From Trichoplax adhaerens (Eukaryota; Animalia; Placozoa): DNA of 64,000 nt. A program made the position numbers and the translations under genes. Each line of letters starts with the position of its first letter. Position 1 is the stretch's first letter. Shown one piece after another: positions 39,732 to 53,785 of this stretch. The notes below the pieces were generated by a model that had not been told where the DNA came from, made no database searches, and worked only from the letters and a program-made list of their open reading frames with translations. The stretch spans positions 3,802,008-3,866,007 of the forward strand of contig NW_002060943.1 in NCBI RefSeq assembly GCF_000150275.1, given 5' to 3'.

Positions 39732-40320
39732 GCGATTTTTACTTTTAAATGTAGTCGTTTTTCGATCTGTTTTCGAATTTCTTTGCGAATATGATGCAAA
39801 TATGTCAATGATGAAGTTTAATTTAAAATTTCAGCTCGGCACAGTAAACACTATAGTATTTATTTAATAAGGATGAGAGACATCTTAACGTGAGTTTTGT
39901 GTAGAGCTATCGTATTTAATAGGACCAAGGACCCTGATATCTGGATTGAGTATCACAACTCTTTGATGCCGAGTAAGTACATCTATATAATAGATAGATG
40001 AATAAAGTTGATAACGAGATAGACTAGAATGTTTATCGTCTACAATTGTCGCTTGGCGATTTTATTATTATTCAGCCGTTTTTGATCTGTTTTAAAATTT
40101 TAATAAAAATAGCCGTAAATATATCAATGATAAAGTTTAAAATTTTAGTTCAGCACAACAAAGATACGAAATACCATAATATACGTCCTGTGTAGTCCTA
40201 TCGTATCTTAATAGGACTAAGTGCCTTACTATCTAGATTGAGTATCATAACTATTTGATGTCGCGTAGCTAAATCTATGATAGATATTTTTATGAAGTTA
40301 ATAACGAAGTAGATTGAAAT
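39732..40320. repeat. Diverged tandem duplication, about 325 bp period
   Basis: GCGATTTT, GATCTGTTTT, TCAATGAT.AAGTTTAA, TAATAGGAC, GATTGAGTATCA and ATAACGA each recur in register. Confidence 0.8.
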
Positions 40321-40977
40321 CTAGCCATTTTGCCACACAAAATTTAAAATATTACGGTAAATACCGTAATAGTTTTCATCTAGAAGCGTATTCAATACGA
40401 ATAACTTTGGGTTCACTTGCATCTCCAATTTTGTTGTAAAAAATGCGAAAGATGTATTTCTCAAAAATTAGCAAGATTAGCAATTTAACTTGACCTCAGT
40501 TGAAGCAAAAAGATATTTATATGTATTAAAATATACCCTACGTTCCGGATGAATAGAATTTTAAATGAAAATTGAAGTTAATAACGATAATAGCAGAACA
40601 ACGATTATAATGAATCGATGTTTTTACGGTCATCGCATACTGTGGAACAAATACTACTGCTACAAATCCCTATCAAATCCACTCGCTAACAATAACGCTA
40701 TTCCGATAAAAGATCAAAAACTGTAGATAAATAACATTTTTAAAACACTATAATTTTATATTAAGGCGTTAACCTACCATTTTTCAATAATTTCAATCCA
40801 GCCATTGATTAATCCTTATTTTCCGGTCGTTTCTATATGTATTTTATATTAAGACATTCACCTATCATTATTGTATAGTTCCTATCCAACTAATGATCAA
40901 TCCGTATTTTTCGGTTATTTCCATGTTAGGAATGGCCAGAATATTTACTTGCATGTATATGTATATATATATATACA

Positions 40978-41418
40978 TGTTACGGTACGAACTACCGTGA
41001 AGAAATAGCTATCTAAATTTGGTTAATATAATATAGTGATAATATATTACAACTAGTTACTTACAGTAGGAATTACTCTAATTATAAATGTGTTACAGTA
41101 AATTTAATGCTGTGCTGTAATGTGTACTGAAGTGATTCTGTGAATGGACATATTGTAGTCCGACTGTGAAAAATTAGTTAGTAGATGTTCTCACCTAAGT
41201 ATTTTTATAAAATGACTTGTGAATGTTAACTGCTGTAGAAGGGTATATAAGCCCGTCAGAAGTTGAATAAAGTAGTTCTCAATTGTCTAGTTGAGTTTAA
41301 CGTAGAATCAAAGGCGTCTAAATTCTTGTGAGGTAGTTAAGGGATACTGAATCCCGGAGACTATAGTAATTTAGAGATTTGTTTTACGTTATCCTTGTCA
41401 CGAAGCTGATTTGTGACA
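40978..41418 (+). mobile_element. Solo LTR, family C copy 5 (inverted relative to the other four)
   Basis: 441 bp, TGTTACG...TGTGACA, perfect TSD ATACA, inserted at the end of a (TA)n tract. Plus strand has TATATAA at about 41244 and AATAAA at about 41266. Confidence 0.93.
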
Positions 41419-42120
41419 ATACATTACGATAGAAAGCGAATAAATAGAATCAATATAATGTTCGTGACGTCATTAATATTTAAACAGCGACGAGCCAGTC
41501 GATAGCTGTGAAATATTTGATATTTCTTATTATTAATTCGAAGATAGATAGTACAAATAGCAAGTACATAGCAAGTGATAATTAAAGTAGCGTATTAATA
41601 TTTTCCATGCAACCATATATTCCATGGCAACGAATATAAATATAATATTATGCTTGTTACGTATTTATGAGTCCTACTGACATTTCCAGTTCAAATTATT
41701 CCTACGGTTAGTCTTTGATTTTTATTCCACCCATTAAGTTTTAAGTATTGTCGTTGATGGTTACATTTCTTCTGATCTTTTTTGACGTTTTTTATTATCA
41801 TGTTCTGATGCTTGAGCAAATTAAAAGAATTGCATCGCTATTCGGTGGAAAATCTCAAGCAATCAATTCATTTTTTATCTTGCAGATACATTATAAGAAA
41901 ATTAAACTCATAAAACTTTAATAGCTTATCAAAGGTATCTTCATGATAATGTTCATTGCCCTGCTACAATCGAATTTCTATTCTGCTATAATATTAGAGT
42001 GAGATTTCTCTCCCCAATTGCTAGTTGTAATTGAGTCGTGAATTTTATCATCTTATGCAGAAGGTTAGACGGCAATCGATAATTCAAAATTTAGTGAGAC
42101 CAAACTATCAGCTCTACAGT

Positions 42121-43119
42121 ATGTTTCAGTTAGCTACAGTTAGCTTTGATAATACAAATACTACTTTATTGCCTACTTCCAATTTTAAAATTAATCCGTT
42201 ACAATTAGTCACTATTGCAACACTATCAATTATTGCAATGGGCTCAGTAGTAGGCAATTCCTTCTGCCTGGCAACTATTTACGCTACTCCATCATTACAT
42301 AAAGTTAATAACATCCTTTTGGCTAATATGGCTGCTGCTGATCTTTCTATCGGTATGATAGCTTTACCAGCCATGGTGGTTGTTGTTTGGCTAGATTATC
42401 CGATTCCAACTATTTTATGTCAATTTCAAGGTTTTGTCTTAGTCTATTTATATCCAGTATCATTATTGACGGTAACGGCCATTACCGTCGATCGAATTTT
42501 AGCTATAACTCGGCCATTGCACTATTTGGATGTTATTACTTATAAATTTCGATGGATCTTAGGGATCATCTGGATAGCACCATTTACTATAGCTTTAATG
42601 CCAGTGATGCAATTAGAGCAATTCTGATTCGGAAATTACGATAAGGTAATGGTTTGTTGGATAGATCTACATCATAGAAGTCACCGTCCATATACCTTCT
42701 CTGCTATATTATTGACCTTTATTATTGGTATTATCCTAGCTATTATTGGCTGTTATACTGCTATCTTTATTATTGCTTACCGAAAAACCGTCTATATACC
42801 CCATAGATCAAGCCAAGATATGGTAAAATCAATTCGCACTACTGCTCTTATTGTTGGCACAAGTATTTTATGTTGGATTCTATTGGCAATTGATTATTTT
42901 ATTGATTTAACTCGAGTTTCTTTATCCAAAAGGTTATCGATCATCGAAATCCTTGTCTCTTTTGCCGCAATAAGTAACTCGATGATTAATCCTATCGTTT
43001 ATGTCTCTACAAATACCATCTTAAGAAGGAAATTTCTAAGCCTGTTTAAAGTATTTCCTACCGCGACAAATCGAATTCAAAAAATTACAGTTAAACAAAG
43101 TAGTACCTGTCCTTCATGA
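42121..43119 (+). pseudogene. Class A orphan GPCR, paralog 4, interrupted by an in-frame TGA (probable young pseudogene)
   Basis: ORFs 42031-42627 and 42649-43119 are one frame: QLEQF*FGNYDKVMVCW, where paralogs have G(L/F)GxY. TM6 reads CWIL instead of CWxP. The start may be 42055 or 42121. Confidence 0.88.
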
Positions 43120-44278
43120 TCAAAATTATAGGCCATAATTCGTAAACATTATTGTACTTGAGATCAACATTATCCAGACCGAAAGTTGGTGTATTCATCG
43201 TAAATAGATTAACCATACGAGTAATATAATAACAAGCAAGACAGCACAAGCTAATATTCTCTCTTCTTTCGTCAACGCTTGCAAGCTTAAAATTAATATT
43301 ATCTTGATCACAATGTTAATGCATTCATCGATTTCATTAAATTCAGAATACTTGCAGTTCTACTTGTCTCCCGAAGTATTCTAAATACAAATAATTAAGC
43401 ATAAAGCTTAACGATATCAACATTTCATTTTTTATTTTCAACTAATATTGCCAAAGCGTTGACTAGCATTTTAAAGTTGTATTAAGTACATTACTGTTCC
43501 AAATTGTATGATATGAAAGGTTGTGCAAGAGTTATTTTCCACCAGAATCAGAACAAGAAATTATATAATCTTACTATAACCAACAATACCTCATCCAAGA
43601 TTTCTCTGTTTGTAATCATTTTTCTTGAAATAAACTAAAAAGCGTCAGAGCCGATCCTTTACCCTTAACAAGGATAATATATTGCCGCTTTTAATAAAAT
43701 AAATTAAATAATTTAATTCTAAATTACAACTACCTCAATCAGGAGTTTCTTGGCAAGTAAGGATTCTTCTAGAAATAAACTTAAAGTCACGAGGGTCAAT
43801 CATTTTATCCAGCTAGAGATAATATTTGTCGCTTCACTAGAAGTTATTTTAAAATAGCTAATGAGCATAGTATGTCTTGTTATTGGAACAAATACACTAA
43901 CACAAATAATATTTCCAAGAAATGAGGCTATTGCAGTAAATCTACACTAAAAAAGTTAGCTTTTAAACTTTACTCATAGACTATAATCACATAACTTCTG
44001 TTACAATACTGATTAATGATTTACTTCATAGAATTCAATTATACTTATAGACAATTCTCTTCTGAACACTTTTTTAACAAAGATACTCCTGGTGTTAATT
44101 AAAAACTTGTTAAAGTCACTTTTTAGCTCATGTAGCTAAGCTAGTCAATCGACAACGTAAACCTTGTACTTTTGACGCAGATTGCCTAAAATTGCGATTT
44201 TAAAAGTGTTAGTAGCGCATCTTTTATATAATACATTAGTCTTATCGATAGATATTCGCTAGGCTAGTTGTTTCCTAG

Positions 44279-44742
44279 TGTGATGGAGGGTTCGAAGAGT
44301 CAGATAATGTGGTTTTAGTTGCCATGCAGAGAATTGCACAAAGCGCTTAAGAAAAGAGGATACTTTATTTTAGATAGTAGTTAGGTAAAGTGTGATAATT
44401 ACGGTAGGTCTGCGTGGTAGCTGCTGTGAGTAAAGTGTGAATACTAACTGTGACTAATAATGCAACTTAACAAATCTAAGGTAGAAAACGGCGGTATTTA
44501 TAGCTATGGCATTAGAACACATGCAGAGAACATGATTGTAGGATTAGATACAACATATACCATAACAGGTTATAGAATAGCAGATGATTGTAGAAAATAG
44601 CGAGGACTGTAATAGCTAAATGTAGTAAGCCATATTTGAATGTAGAGCGAACAGACTGTAAATATGTCTAAATATAAGATCAATACAACATGTCTATATT
44701 TAACAATAGAATATAGTTACAGTATATTCTAAATACACTACA
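44279..44742 (-). mobile_element. Solo-LTR-like element, family E (single copy)
   Basis: 464 bp, TGTGAT...ACTACA, flanks CCTAG/CTTAG (4/5 TSD), compositionally distinct from flanks. Minus strand has TATAAATA near 44500 and AATAAA near 44367. Confidence 0.7.
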
Positions 44743-45493
44743 CTTAGAAAAGAATTTTTAAGATACGGACCCAGAAATGCTACCTAATTAAAGATATATT
44801 ATTATCATCCTCTTATTAGCACTGTCGAAGATATATTATTTTTATCGATGAAATACATAAGAAACGTAGCTACTTTACGGTAATGTTTTTCAAATCAGTA
44901 GCATATTCTTAGGACTATCTTGACATCGATTATTACAAATATTGGAAAGTGATCTAGTTAGAAAGAATATAAGTTAGAACTAACCAAAAATGAATTTCAA
45001 ATAGCTAGGAGTAAGTTCATATCATGGATCCAGTACATTATTCTGTTGAGAAACAAGACTTTAGGAAATTCCAATTAATTTTCAATTTACTATCTAATCT
45101 TGTTAAAAATCGCAGAAAGTTTATTTCCGAAATTTAGATGAATAATTGACTTGATGCATAACGAAATTAGAAGGCCCAGTATTAAGATACTACACACTTA
45201 TATAGAGTACGGTAGTAATTAATTAACTCTTATTTAAATAACATAGAAATTATAAATACCTTTTCCTGTAAAGCACTTCCATACATGTACAAATAAATTT
45301 GATATACGTTTAATTAAGAATAAAATACCCACCAGCGTAATATTTCCAGAAATTCAAGAAAGCAATAGATCCATGGGAAATCTATCTGATAGCAAATGCA
45401 AGGATATTAAATACTGTTCCCCTTAAACAAATTTTAAATATAAGCTTTAGAATGGAGCACAGCAAAAAAATATTATGTCATTTTTTATCTTTA

Positions 45494-46853
45494 TGTAATG
45501 AAATGAAAAGTGTAGAGATCAAGCTACAAAACTTTAATAAATTTTGATTCTACTTTCGTTACACTCCGGTCGACTTAACGAAACTTTGACACCAAATAAA
45601 ATCTGGGTAAATAATCGATCAACAATTTTATTACAAAAAATATGGTGAGAAGTATACACCGAACAACCTCACAAATACTTAACTTTAAGTATTAATAAAA
45701 TAAGTGGCAGACTTAAAAACTGTCAACAACCAAACAACCTTTCAAAAAGAAGAACGCTTTAACTTAGGACAATTCGACTCCGAAGGCCCTTTAAATTCAA
45801 CAAGTTCTTCAAAAGAATCTTCTTCTACTCTCCCTCTAAATTTTCTAATTGCACTATCATTTATAGGCTTCGTAGAGCCGTCAGAAGTATTTAAAACTAA
45901 GCATTTGCTAACCAATCGCTCTTAAGATCCATTTTAGAAAACTACTTTGCACCATTTAAGAAAACAAAAATCATTCAAAGTTCAGCACAATTTACCCTAT
46001 GATTCCCTTACAAAACACTATAAAACCAACAAGTTAACTATAAAATACATCAAACTTCACTTCTAACATAATTTCTATCATTAACACATTATAAAAGTCT
46101 AAAAATTAACCTTTAAACATCAAGATTTAGTCATAAAAATAACAGTCTGACTACTTGACAATCAACACAACCTCTGCCAATTTCCATCTTATTTTCTATT
46201 TTCCTAACTAAACTTTCCTAATGTGACTTTCATGTCACATCATAAAATTCCAAAGTTTCAAATTCATTACAAAAAGTTCAAATTTCAAAAATCAACTCTT
46301 ATGATATTTTTCATAAACTAAAATCCAAAAATTAAAACAGAAAAATTATATATGACATAAATCCAACCGGTTCCGGGATCCAAATCCCGAAAAATCCGGA
46401 TTTTATAAAGATCACAGTAATCGCTTATCAGCAAATTTTATATGGCTACTATGACTACTTTTCTGACATTAGTATCGCTTAGTATTGACAGTTGATGTTT
46501 TAGCGTTAGGTTGTACGGTAACTGCACGATTATAGACTACATTACAGTACTTTACTGTCGTGTTATAAATCCCCTTTCTCTATGGATAGGGTTTTGCTAC
46601 TAAGTCAAACTCATTTACAATTTGAATAGACTATCAAATACCCTTTCTTTAGATTAGGCAATTGCTCTAGGGCTATTTCTATAGTAATCTATATAATACC
46701 TTGTAAAATAATGAAGAAGAAAAGATGGCGACGTGATGATTTGGCAGGGCAAAACTTAAAGACACTATCACTTCATCGGTATTTTCTATAGTAAAATAAT
46801 ACTAGTTACATACTAAAAGCTATAAAGGACTCTACTTTTAGTCCTTTACTACA
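45494..46853. mobile_element. Long solo-LTR-like element, family D copy 2 (4-bp TSD)
   Basis: 1360 bp, TGTAATGAAA...TTTACTACA, perfect 4-bp TSD TTTA. Colinear with 1607-3058. Confidence 0.87.
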
Positions 46854-47702
46854 TTTATAATAAACGATATATTTATGATCTTTCTTATAAACTGTTTTTA
46901 CACCTGAATAGCATGAAAAATTAACCAATTTGATTATTTATACTACTTAAATATTGTCTATCAGAAGAGATAATCATTAAAAAAATATCTATAAATACTT
47001 TTCATATAAGAGCTAATGACATACTCATACATTCAGAAATGAAAAATTTGAAATGAAATTCTTACCTTTTACCGATGAAAGTATTAGTCTCTATACAGTT
47101 ACTTTTCATAAGTAACTAGTAATGGCAATATCCTCCTTATTATTATAGCAAAATTAATCCAATATAGTTATTTAATACTATATCATCAAACTAAACAGCA
47201 AGATAAAAAGAAATCTTCATACTATGATAATATTAATCAGTCGAAATAATAAAACTCCATCAGTATACAAATTTAGATATCCGTACAGTAGTTCCATTTT
47301 TTAGTAATTATCAACGTATAAAATATTACCGTTGACGTCAAATTAGATAGAAAACACAGCTTTAATTTTTACGATAACAATCTAGTGCTCTCAGTACTCC
47401 AGTTACATGTGTATAGGTACTCCTCCTTCCCTCCCATTTTTTTAATGTACACTAATTGGTATAACAACATTTTAAGTAGGCAATGATTTGATTATTAACT
47501 AAATTATAGTCTGGCCCTGTAATCTGGTGGATTATCTACACGAAAATATCAATCTCATTACAAAGCAGCATAAGAACCAATTTTAAATGAATTCATAGTT
47601 TCTGAAACTGTATAAATTTTAATATTTGCGATACAACAATTGGACAATTTTAGTATCAAGAGCGAACAGATCGATAAGTAATGTAGATAGCTTGTTACCT
47701 CC

Positions 47703-48333
47703 TGTCACAAAACAGCTTTGCAACAAGATAACGCAATATACGATCAATAAGTCAATTCCTTGAACCACGTATCAAGGAACGATATCTGCACTATCACAAA
47801 CACTTTTGCTCTACTAGCAGACTACACAAAGACTTAAACGCCTCGTATTTTACGTTAAACACTAAGTTGGACAATCCTTCTTTATTTCACGATATACTGC
47901 ATTTATATACTATTCCTCAATAGTTCATGAGTCATAGTTAATACAATTAACATTAGAATCATTTACTGAATTAGATATTAATTTTAGCTACTGCTCCCTT
48001 AATGCAGACAACAGTATTTACGAACATAGACATATAATGACTAATACAGAATAGTCAGATTACGATATGTCCTATCACGGAACATTTCCATGATAATTTA
48101 CAGTCTACTATAAGTAAATTACAATCACAATGATTCGAACTGTAAGCAGATGATTTGCATTCCCTATTATAACTATTAATTTCAGTATGTGTATAAGTGT
48201 CACTGTCATAAAAAGTCAGTGCTATATTAAAATACAGTATATCCAAATTAGAAGTTAACTAAATAAGGATAGTCTAATAGAATTATCCTAACATTGATAT
48301 TTTTACTGTAATACAGTTTATAACACTGTAACA
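47703..48333 (-). mobile_element. Solo LTR, family B copy 3
   Basis: 631 bp, TGTCACA...TGTAACA, perfect TSD CCTCC. Confidence 0.93.
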
Positions 48334-49518
48334 CCTCCCAAGTAAGAACGTTATCTATTTTATCATACTTTTGAAATTTATTCACAGAATTAACATAAAA
48401 ATCTTCCATTTTTATTAACAGTAACAGCATTCATATTCAGTTCCAATGTGTTACAAGACTATCTTGGCATAATTTACCGATGTGATCAAGAAAATTTTTA
48501 GCCCTCATCCAAGTATGAGTAATGGACTTAAATTTTAAATGAGACTATCCAGTGGCAAGTAAATAATAACTTTAAATTACACGTAGATGTAATTCTATCA
48601 AATGAATTCGTCAACATCGTATCCTAACTGGCTAAACATAACAACTTTATTTCACAACTAAATGATATCGATGAATGAAAATTACTACACTAGTATTCCT
48701 TCATAGCTCTTTCATACAAATATATAGAATTTGAATAATGCACCTATGACATATTTCCCATAGCTAATCAATAAAATTTTTTCATTTTATATTTAGCTAC
48801 TTTTTGTAATAATATCATGTCTTTCTATTAGCAATTAGGTCAATTTTTATCATATAATTAATTCTCTCAACATCAATTACCTCCCCTATTGGCCATAACT
48901 ATTGGATAAATTTTACATAGCAGCTAGATTGTATTTTTGTAAATTAGTAATCTAATATGGCCTAATTATTGCTTGAATAAGTTTTATTTTGCTATTAGAC
49001 TTTATGGTAATCGATACATAATTGATGAGAACAAAATTTGTAGACAATTGAAATTTCTTGGAAATGGATTTATAAAACAATACGATGACCAGCATAATTA
49101 TTTCTATAACTAATTCCATCAGTGGTAAATTAGTTTTCACAGCCATTAATTAGCTTTAACTTATTTTTCTCATCAGTATTAATTTATCATGTGAATTTAT
49201 AACACTCACTTTTGCAGGAATTCCTTAAAACGAAATTCCGTCATTTTATTTTCTGTACTTAATATTTTTCTATAGTCAAAAAATCATATGATAACTGCAG
49301 AAACCCGTGAAATATTGACTCCTGTTAAAATAATATTATTATTATTCATATCAGAACAAGCCGCTTTTCCAGTTTACCCGTAAATCAATATAAAGAAAAT
49401 GTTGAACAATCATAAGGCTATCATTTTGCATATTACATAATGAAAGAGTTAACCTTTTCCCATTGACCAATTGTGCATGTAATTCCGCTACTTCCTGGTA
49501 CAATATTCCACTTCTACA

Positions 49519-49700
49519 GTAGAGTTTAGTTAGACATTCGATGCAATATAGTAGAAATCATTTATTTTTCTTTTATGTCCCCCTCTTTCTATGCAAATAA
49601 TAACATTCAAACTGCTGTAGAATTTAGACATTCGATGCAATATAATAGACATCATTTATATTTTCTTTATATCTTTTTTTCTATCCCAATAATAATGTTT
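49519..49700. repeat. Short tandem duplication, about 94 bp period
   Basis: TAGACATTCGATGCAATATA at 49531 and 49625, followed by matching T-rich segments. Confidence 0.85.
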
Positions 49701-50345
49701 AAGCCATGACCTATTTACTCGAAAAAAGCTTTTTTTAAAGAGATTCGATCTATTCATCGGTAGTCGTCCTACAGCAAAGTGTTTATCGTATTATTGTTTA
49801 AATTAACGATAATAAAGCAAATAGAAACCTTCCCATCCTTTGTCATAATGTCGATATTAGTCGCCGCCTTTTAGTCAAACAGATTAGTTGATAGCGGATA
49901 TACGGTATTTGAAATGTTAATATAGTACCTCCGGATCTAGAATATATTTATCGTCGAAAAAAAGATAACTCTTTCGATACTCATCATACAACACAATTTT
50001 AGGCCAAAATTTTCGATAGCACCAGCGCAATATAAGATGGTATACTAATATTAAGCCATTAATTCTATAACTTTAATTATTTGCAATAGCTTGGAAAATT
50101 ACTTTACCAATGCTGAAATAACTATAAACATTTCTAAATTATTGGTTGAAAAAAAGCTCTAAGAATATTGAAGCTACTTCGATTGAAATTATCCAAAATT
50201 ACCTATACTAAATTCCAGCTCATCGAGATATACTCATAAAATTAATTTATTACTTTTTCTATATACAGAAAATTATTTAAAAACAGTTGATTTCTCCTTC
50301 TGGAGAAGCGGATGAAGTTATTTACACTATACCTAATGCTCATTG

Positions 50346-51407
50346 ATGTCAAGGATGGATCCTATCAACGTGCTAGTTAATGTGAGTAATCACTCGCAAA
50401 ATCTTGCGAGTAATATTAGTCAGAACCAGTCTTATGCGAATGCTCCTGTCAACTTTATGTTCATGATTCCGGCATTATCCATTATTAGCGTAATTGCAAT
50501 AATTGCTAACATATTTTGTCTTACTACAATCTACCATACGCCATCCTTACATGACATTAGTAATGTTATGATAGCCAATTTAGCCATAATTGATCTTTTA
50601 ACGGGGATGACAGTTATACCTACGATTATTACAGTACTTTTATTAGGCAATGAAACTCCATCATGGTTATGCAAACTTCAAGGATTTTTAACGGTTGCCA
50701 TGTATGGTGCTTCATTATTTGCAATTGTTGGTATAAGTATCGATCGTTTTCGAGCCGTTACCAGGCCGTATCATTATTCCTCTATAATCACCAAGACAAT
50801 CATTGTAAAATTGCTGATGACAATACCTATCCCCATCATTGTTGCATCCTTGCCATTATTCAATTTGGTCAATCATGGATTTGGCAGCTATATAAAAGAA
50901 TTTGTTTGCTGGTCCCCCGCCTGTAGGCACAATCAACCAGCTTATATCTCAAGTGCTGCCACCGCTGTATTCATAGTTATATGCATTGGAATTGTTTTAT
51001 TCTGCTATATCACAATTTTCATCATCGCCTATCATAAAAATAAGAAGAATATCCATCTAAAGCGAAATATCAATATAAAATCTATACGCACAACAGCATT
51101 AATAGTCGGCACCAACCTCATCTGCTTTTTACCCCAACTTAGTGCAATTACTTCGGCTCTCATTAATTGTAATAATAATTCTCCGGAATTTTTTCAAGCT
51201 GTATTTTACACTATAACACTAAGCAATTCTGCACTTAATCCTATTGTTTATATCTCGACCAACTCAATTTTGCGGAGAAAATTAGTTCAATTAATGCTCG
51301 TTAAAGCTTTGAGTAAAAAAGATCCTTACAGCCAACGCGATCATTTACCGCAAAGTAGAAGTCTAGAACTTAGTAACAATACTTCAATTTTAACAACAAG
51401 ATTTTAA
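50346..51407 (+). CDS. Class A orphan GPCR, paralog 5 (353 aa from first ATG)
   Basis: AN (TM1), NLAIID, CKLQGF..SIDRF, CFLP, NSALNPIVY. Four N-terminal NxS sequons. TM4 Trp absent. Confidence 0.94.
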   Translation: MSRMDPINVLVNVSNHSQNLASNISQNQSYANAPVNFMFMIPALSIISVIAIIANIFCLTTIYHTPSLHDISNVMIANLAIIDLLTGMTVIPTIITVLLLGNETPSWLCKLQGFLTVAMYGASLFAIVGISIDRFRAVTRPYHYSSIITKTIIVKLLMTIPIPIIVASLPLFNLVNHGFGSYIKEFVCWSPACRHNQPAYISSAATAVFIVICIGIVLFCYITIFIIAYHKNKKNIHLKRNINIKSIRTTALIVGTNLICFLPQLSAITSALINCNNNSPEFFQAVFYTITLSNSALNPIVYISTNSILRRKLVQLMLVKALSKKDPYSQRDHLPQSRSLELSNNTSILTTRF

Positions 51408-53785
51408 TATCCATTCTATGTAAGTTCAGGTCTACGTATATATATATAAGCATATATATATATATACATTATTTTTATCACCTTCTTTCAATTTCCTAAA
51501 ATTACTGATAGCTCATATTCGCATTATCTTATTACCGCGATCACGGAAAATTGGATCATTTTATTCAGACTAAATCATTACATTATTGTTCCTTGTTCCT
51601 ATAAATGCTAAAAAAGAAGGCAATCGTACGAAATATTTGACCCTCTTTCATATTTTCAACTCTGTTCCTTTGGTTTTATTAGAAAAAGCCAGTACCTCCA
51701 ATTTTAATTATAAATTATAACAATAGATCAATTGCAATACCTAAATTTAGCGACGTTATGATTACAATTATCACAAGCTAATATTTAACAGTCCAGTATG
51801 ATTGTTGTTTCCGAAATAGTCATGTACATGGAATTCAAACTTTATTGTATCAATCAGCAATTTTAACAATAATAATAACAATATCCTGCCAAGATTTCAA
51901 ATTAATAATTGCTATGTTTCAAAAGAATTAAACTATATCCACAGAATGCCAATGATAATTTTCTTTGGCATTTCAAATCATTTAAATTATTTAATTCCTA
52001 ACTATCAATTAACCACGAAGACTGCGATCATTCTAACAGTCTTAAATATAATTTTCAATTATGTCCTACTCTGCCGTAACTTATTGGTTATATTGACATG
52101 ATTCCATTCTTAATAATCGCGAAAATATAGTCATGTAATTATACCCATGTGTTCGTATTTAGTGCTACCATTCGTACTGTTTAAGAAGCAGTACAATTAT
52201 AATTACCAGGAGAATTGACCTAATATTATTCGTCTTTCGTTACAAATAAAACTTACCATATTAATCGGCCAATATGCACTCTATTCCATATTGTAACTGT
52301 TGTCTCCATATACACTTGTAATAATACTCATAAAATAACAGCTTGAGCTTTACGCTAAAAGATGATTTTTGGACAAGCAAGGAATAAAATTGTAAATATT
52401 GATAATTTTAATTACAACTTACAGAATTTTTATTCATCGATTTTCTAAATTAGTTAAATAAGTTAAAATATTTAAAAATTGTTTCAATTATTTAATCCAA
52501 AAGTATCTTCATGATTAGATACTATCAGTTATTGTAAGTACTAGTAACCTTAAATCTAGTCTTATATGCTTGTACTAGGTACTACTTGTCTGACATATTT
52601 GCAGTCATTTGACGTAATTTACGAGCATCTTTATTCTGCGACAGCTAATATTTCGTTTAAATTACTTTATAGTTAAAATACTGCAATTTGATCTCTTTTA
52701 ATGCTTTATTTATATCTTATGGTATTGAATATCTGTAAGTTTACACTTACTCGTATACATTGTCACTTTGATCACGTATTATAGCTATTAACTTCAGCCT
52801 CATTGCATCACATGTAGAGATAGTAAGACATTGCTCAAACATGTATTTTATTATACATCGGAGGTTGAGCTTGATATTCTTGTGTAATAATTTTACCGTT
52901 AGCGTTATAAGCAATTTCTGTACATATTGTATCTTGACTATAGTTACAAAATTATAATATGCACAGGAGTATCATGAGCGTACAATAAGAAAGTGTTAGA
53001 ACTGTTTTTTGTGCTGTCTAGGAAATATTACACTATACTAAATTTGTGCATTACATATGGTAATTAAATTATTTAATACTGGCTATATTTTTAAATGTCC
53101 TAGTGCAACTGTGGCTGCAAATTATAAATATGAGCAGCATCTATTAATCATAAAGACTGCCAAACATTGCTGTACGTACTACCTACAGAATTATCCATTA
53201 CTGATGATACTGTCAATTATAATGCCTTTTTATTCTGCTATCTATTAGAAATTATACTATGTTATGCCGCATATTCTCTAATAGTAATTTTAAGGCTAGA
53301 ATTACATTGCAGGTTTGCAGAATTTTAATAGTTTACTGCACGGACTATGATCAAGCAGTAGCGATTAAGCTAAACGCCAGTAGATTTATTGAACAATTCT
53401 TGTAAATATAGAAATAAATAATATTATGTAATAATTTATAAATTTATCGTAAAGCCAATTTGTTCACTACCCTTTTTGTCAACAACAATATTTACAAATA
53501 TGAGGGATAAATGCACATTAAATACTTATGACTTTAAACAAACGATATATGACACCTTTGAAGTGAATACTGATAGCTCTGATACTTAAATAGGAAAACC
53601 ATCTAAATTCGAACGAAATTATAGGTCTACACCTTAAATTTAACATTTAAGATTCAAATAAAGAAGGAATGCTGCATAATATAATGTATGGCAGTCATCA
53701 AAAATTTTACTTGAGCAAAAGTAACAAAAAAATGTAGGTATTGTTTACTGGTAAACAATCTCCATCAACTTGCCTATTAACCTAC

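Noticed and set aside
42625-42627. TGA as selenocysteine or evidence of an alternative genetic code
   Set aside because: The aligned residue is Gly, not Cys or Trp. Trp is TGG throughout these genes and TGA terminates paralogs 2 and 4. No SECIS was recognised.
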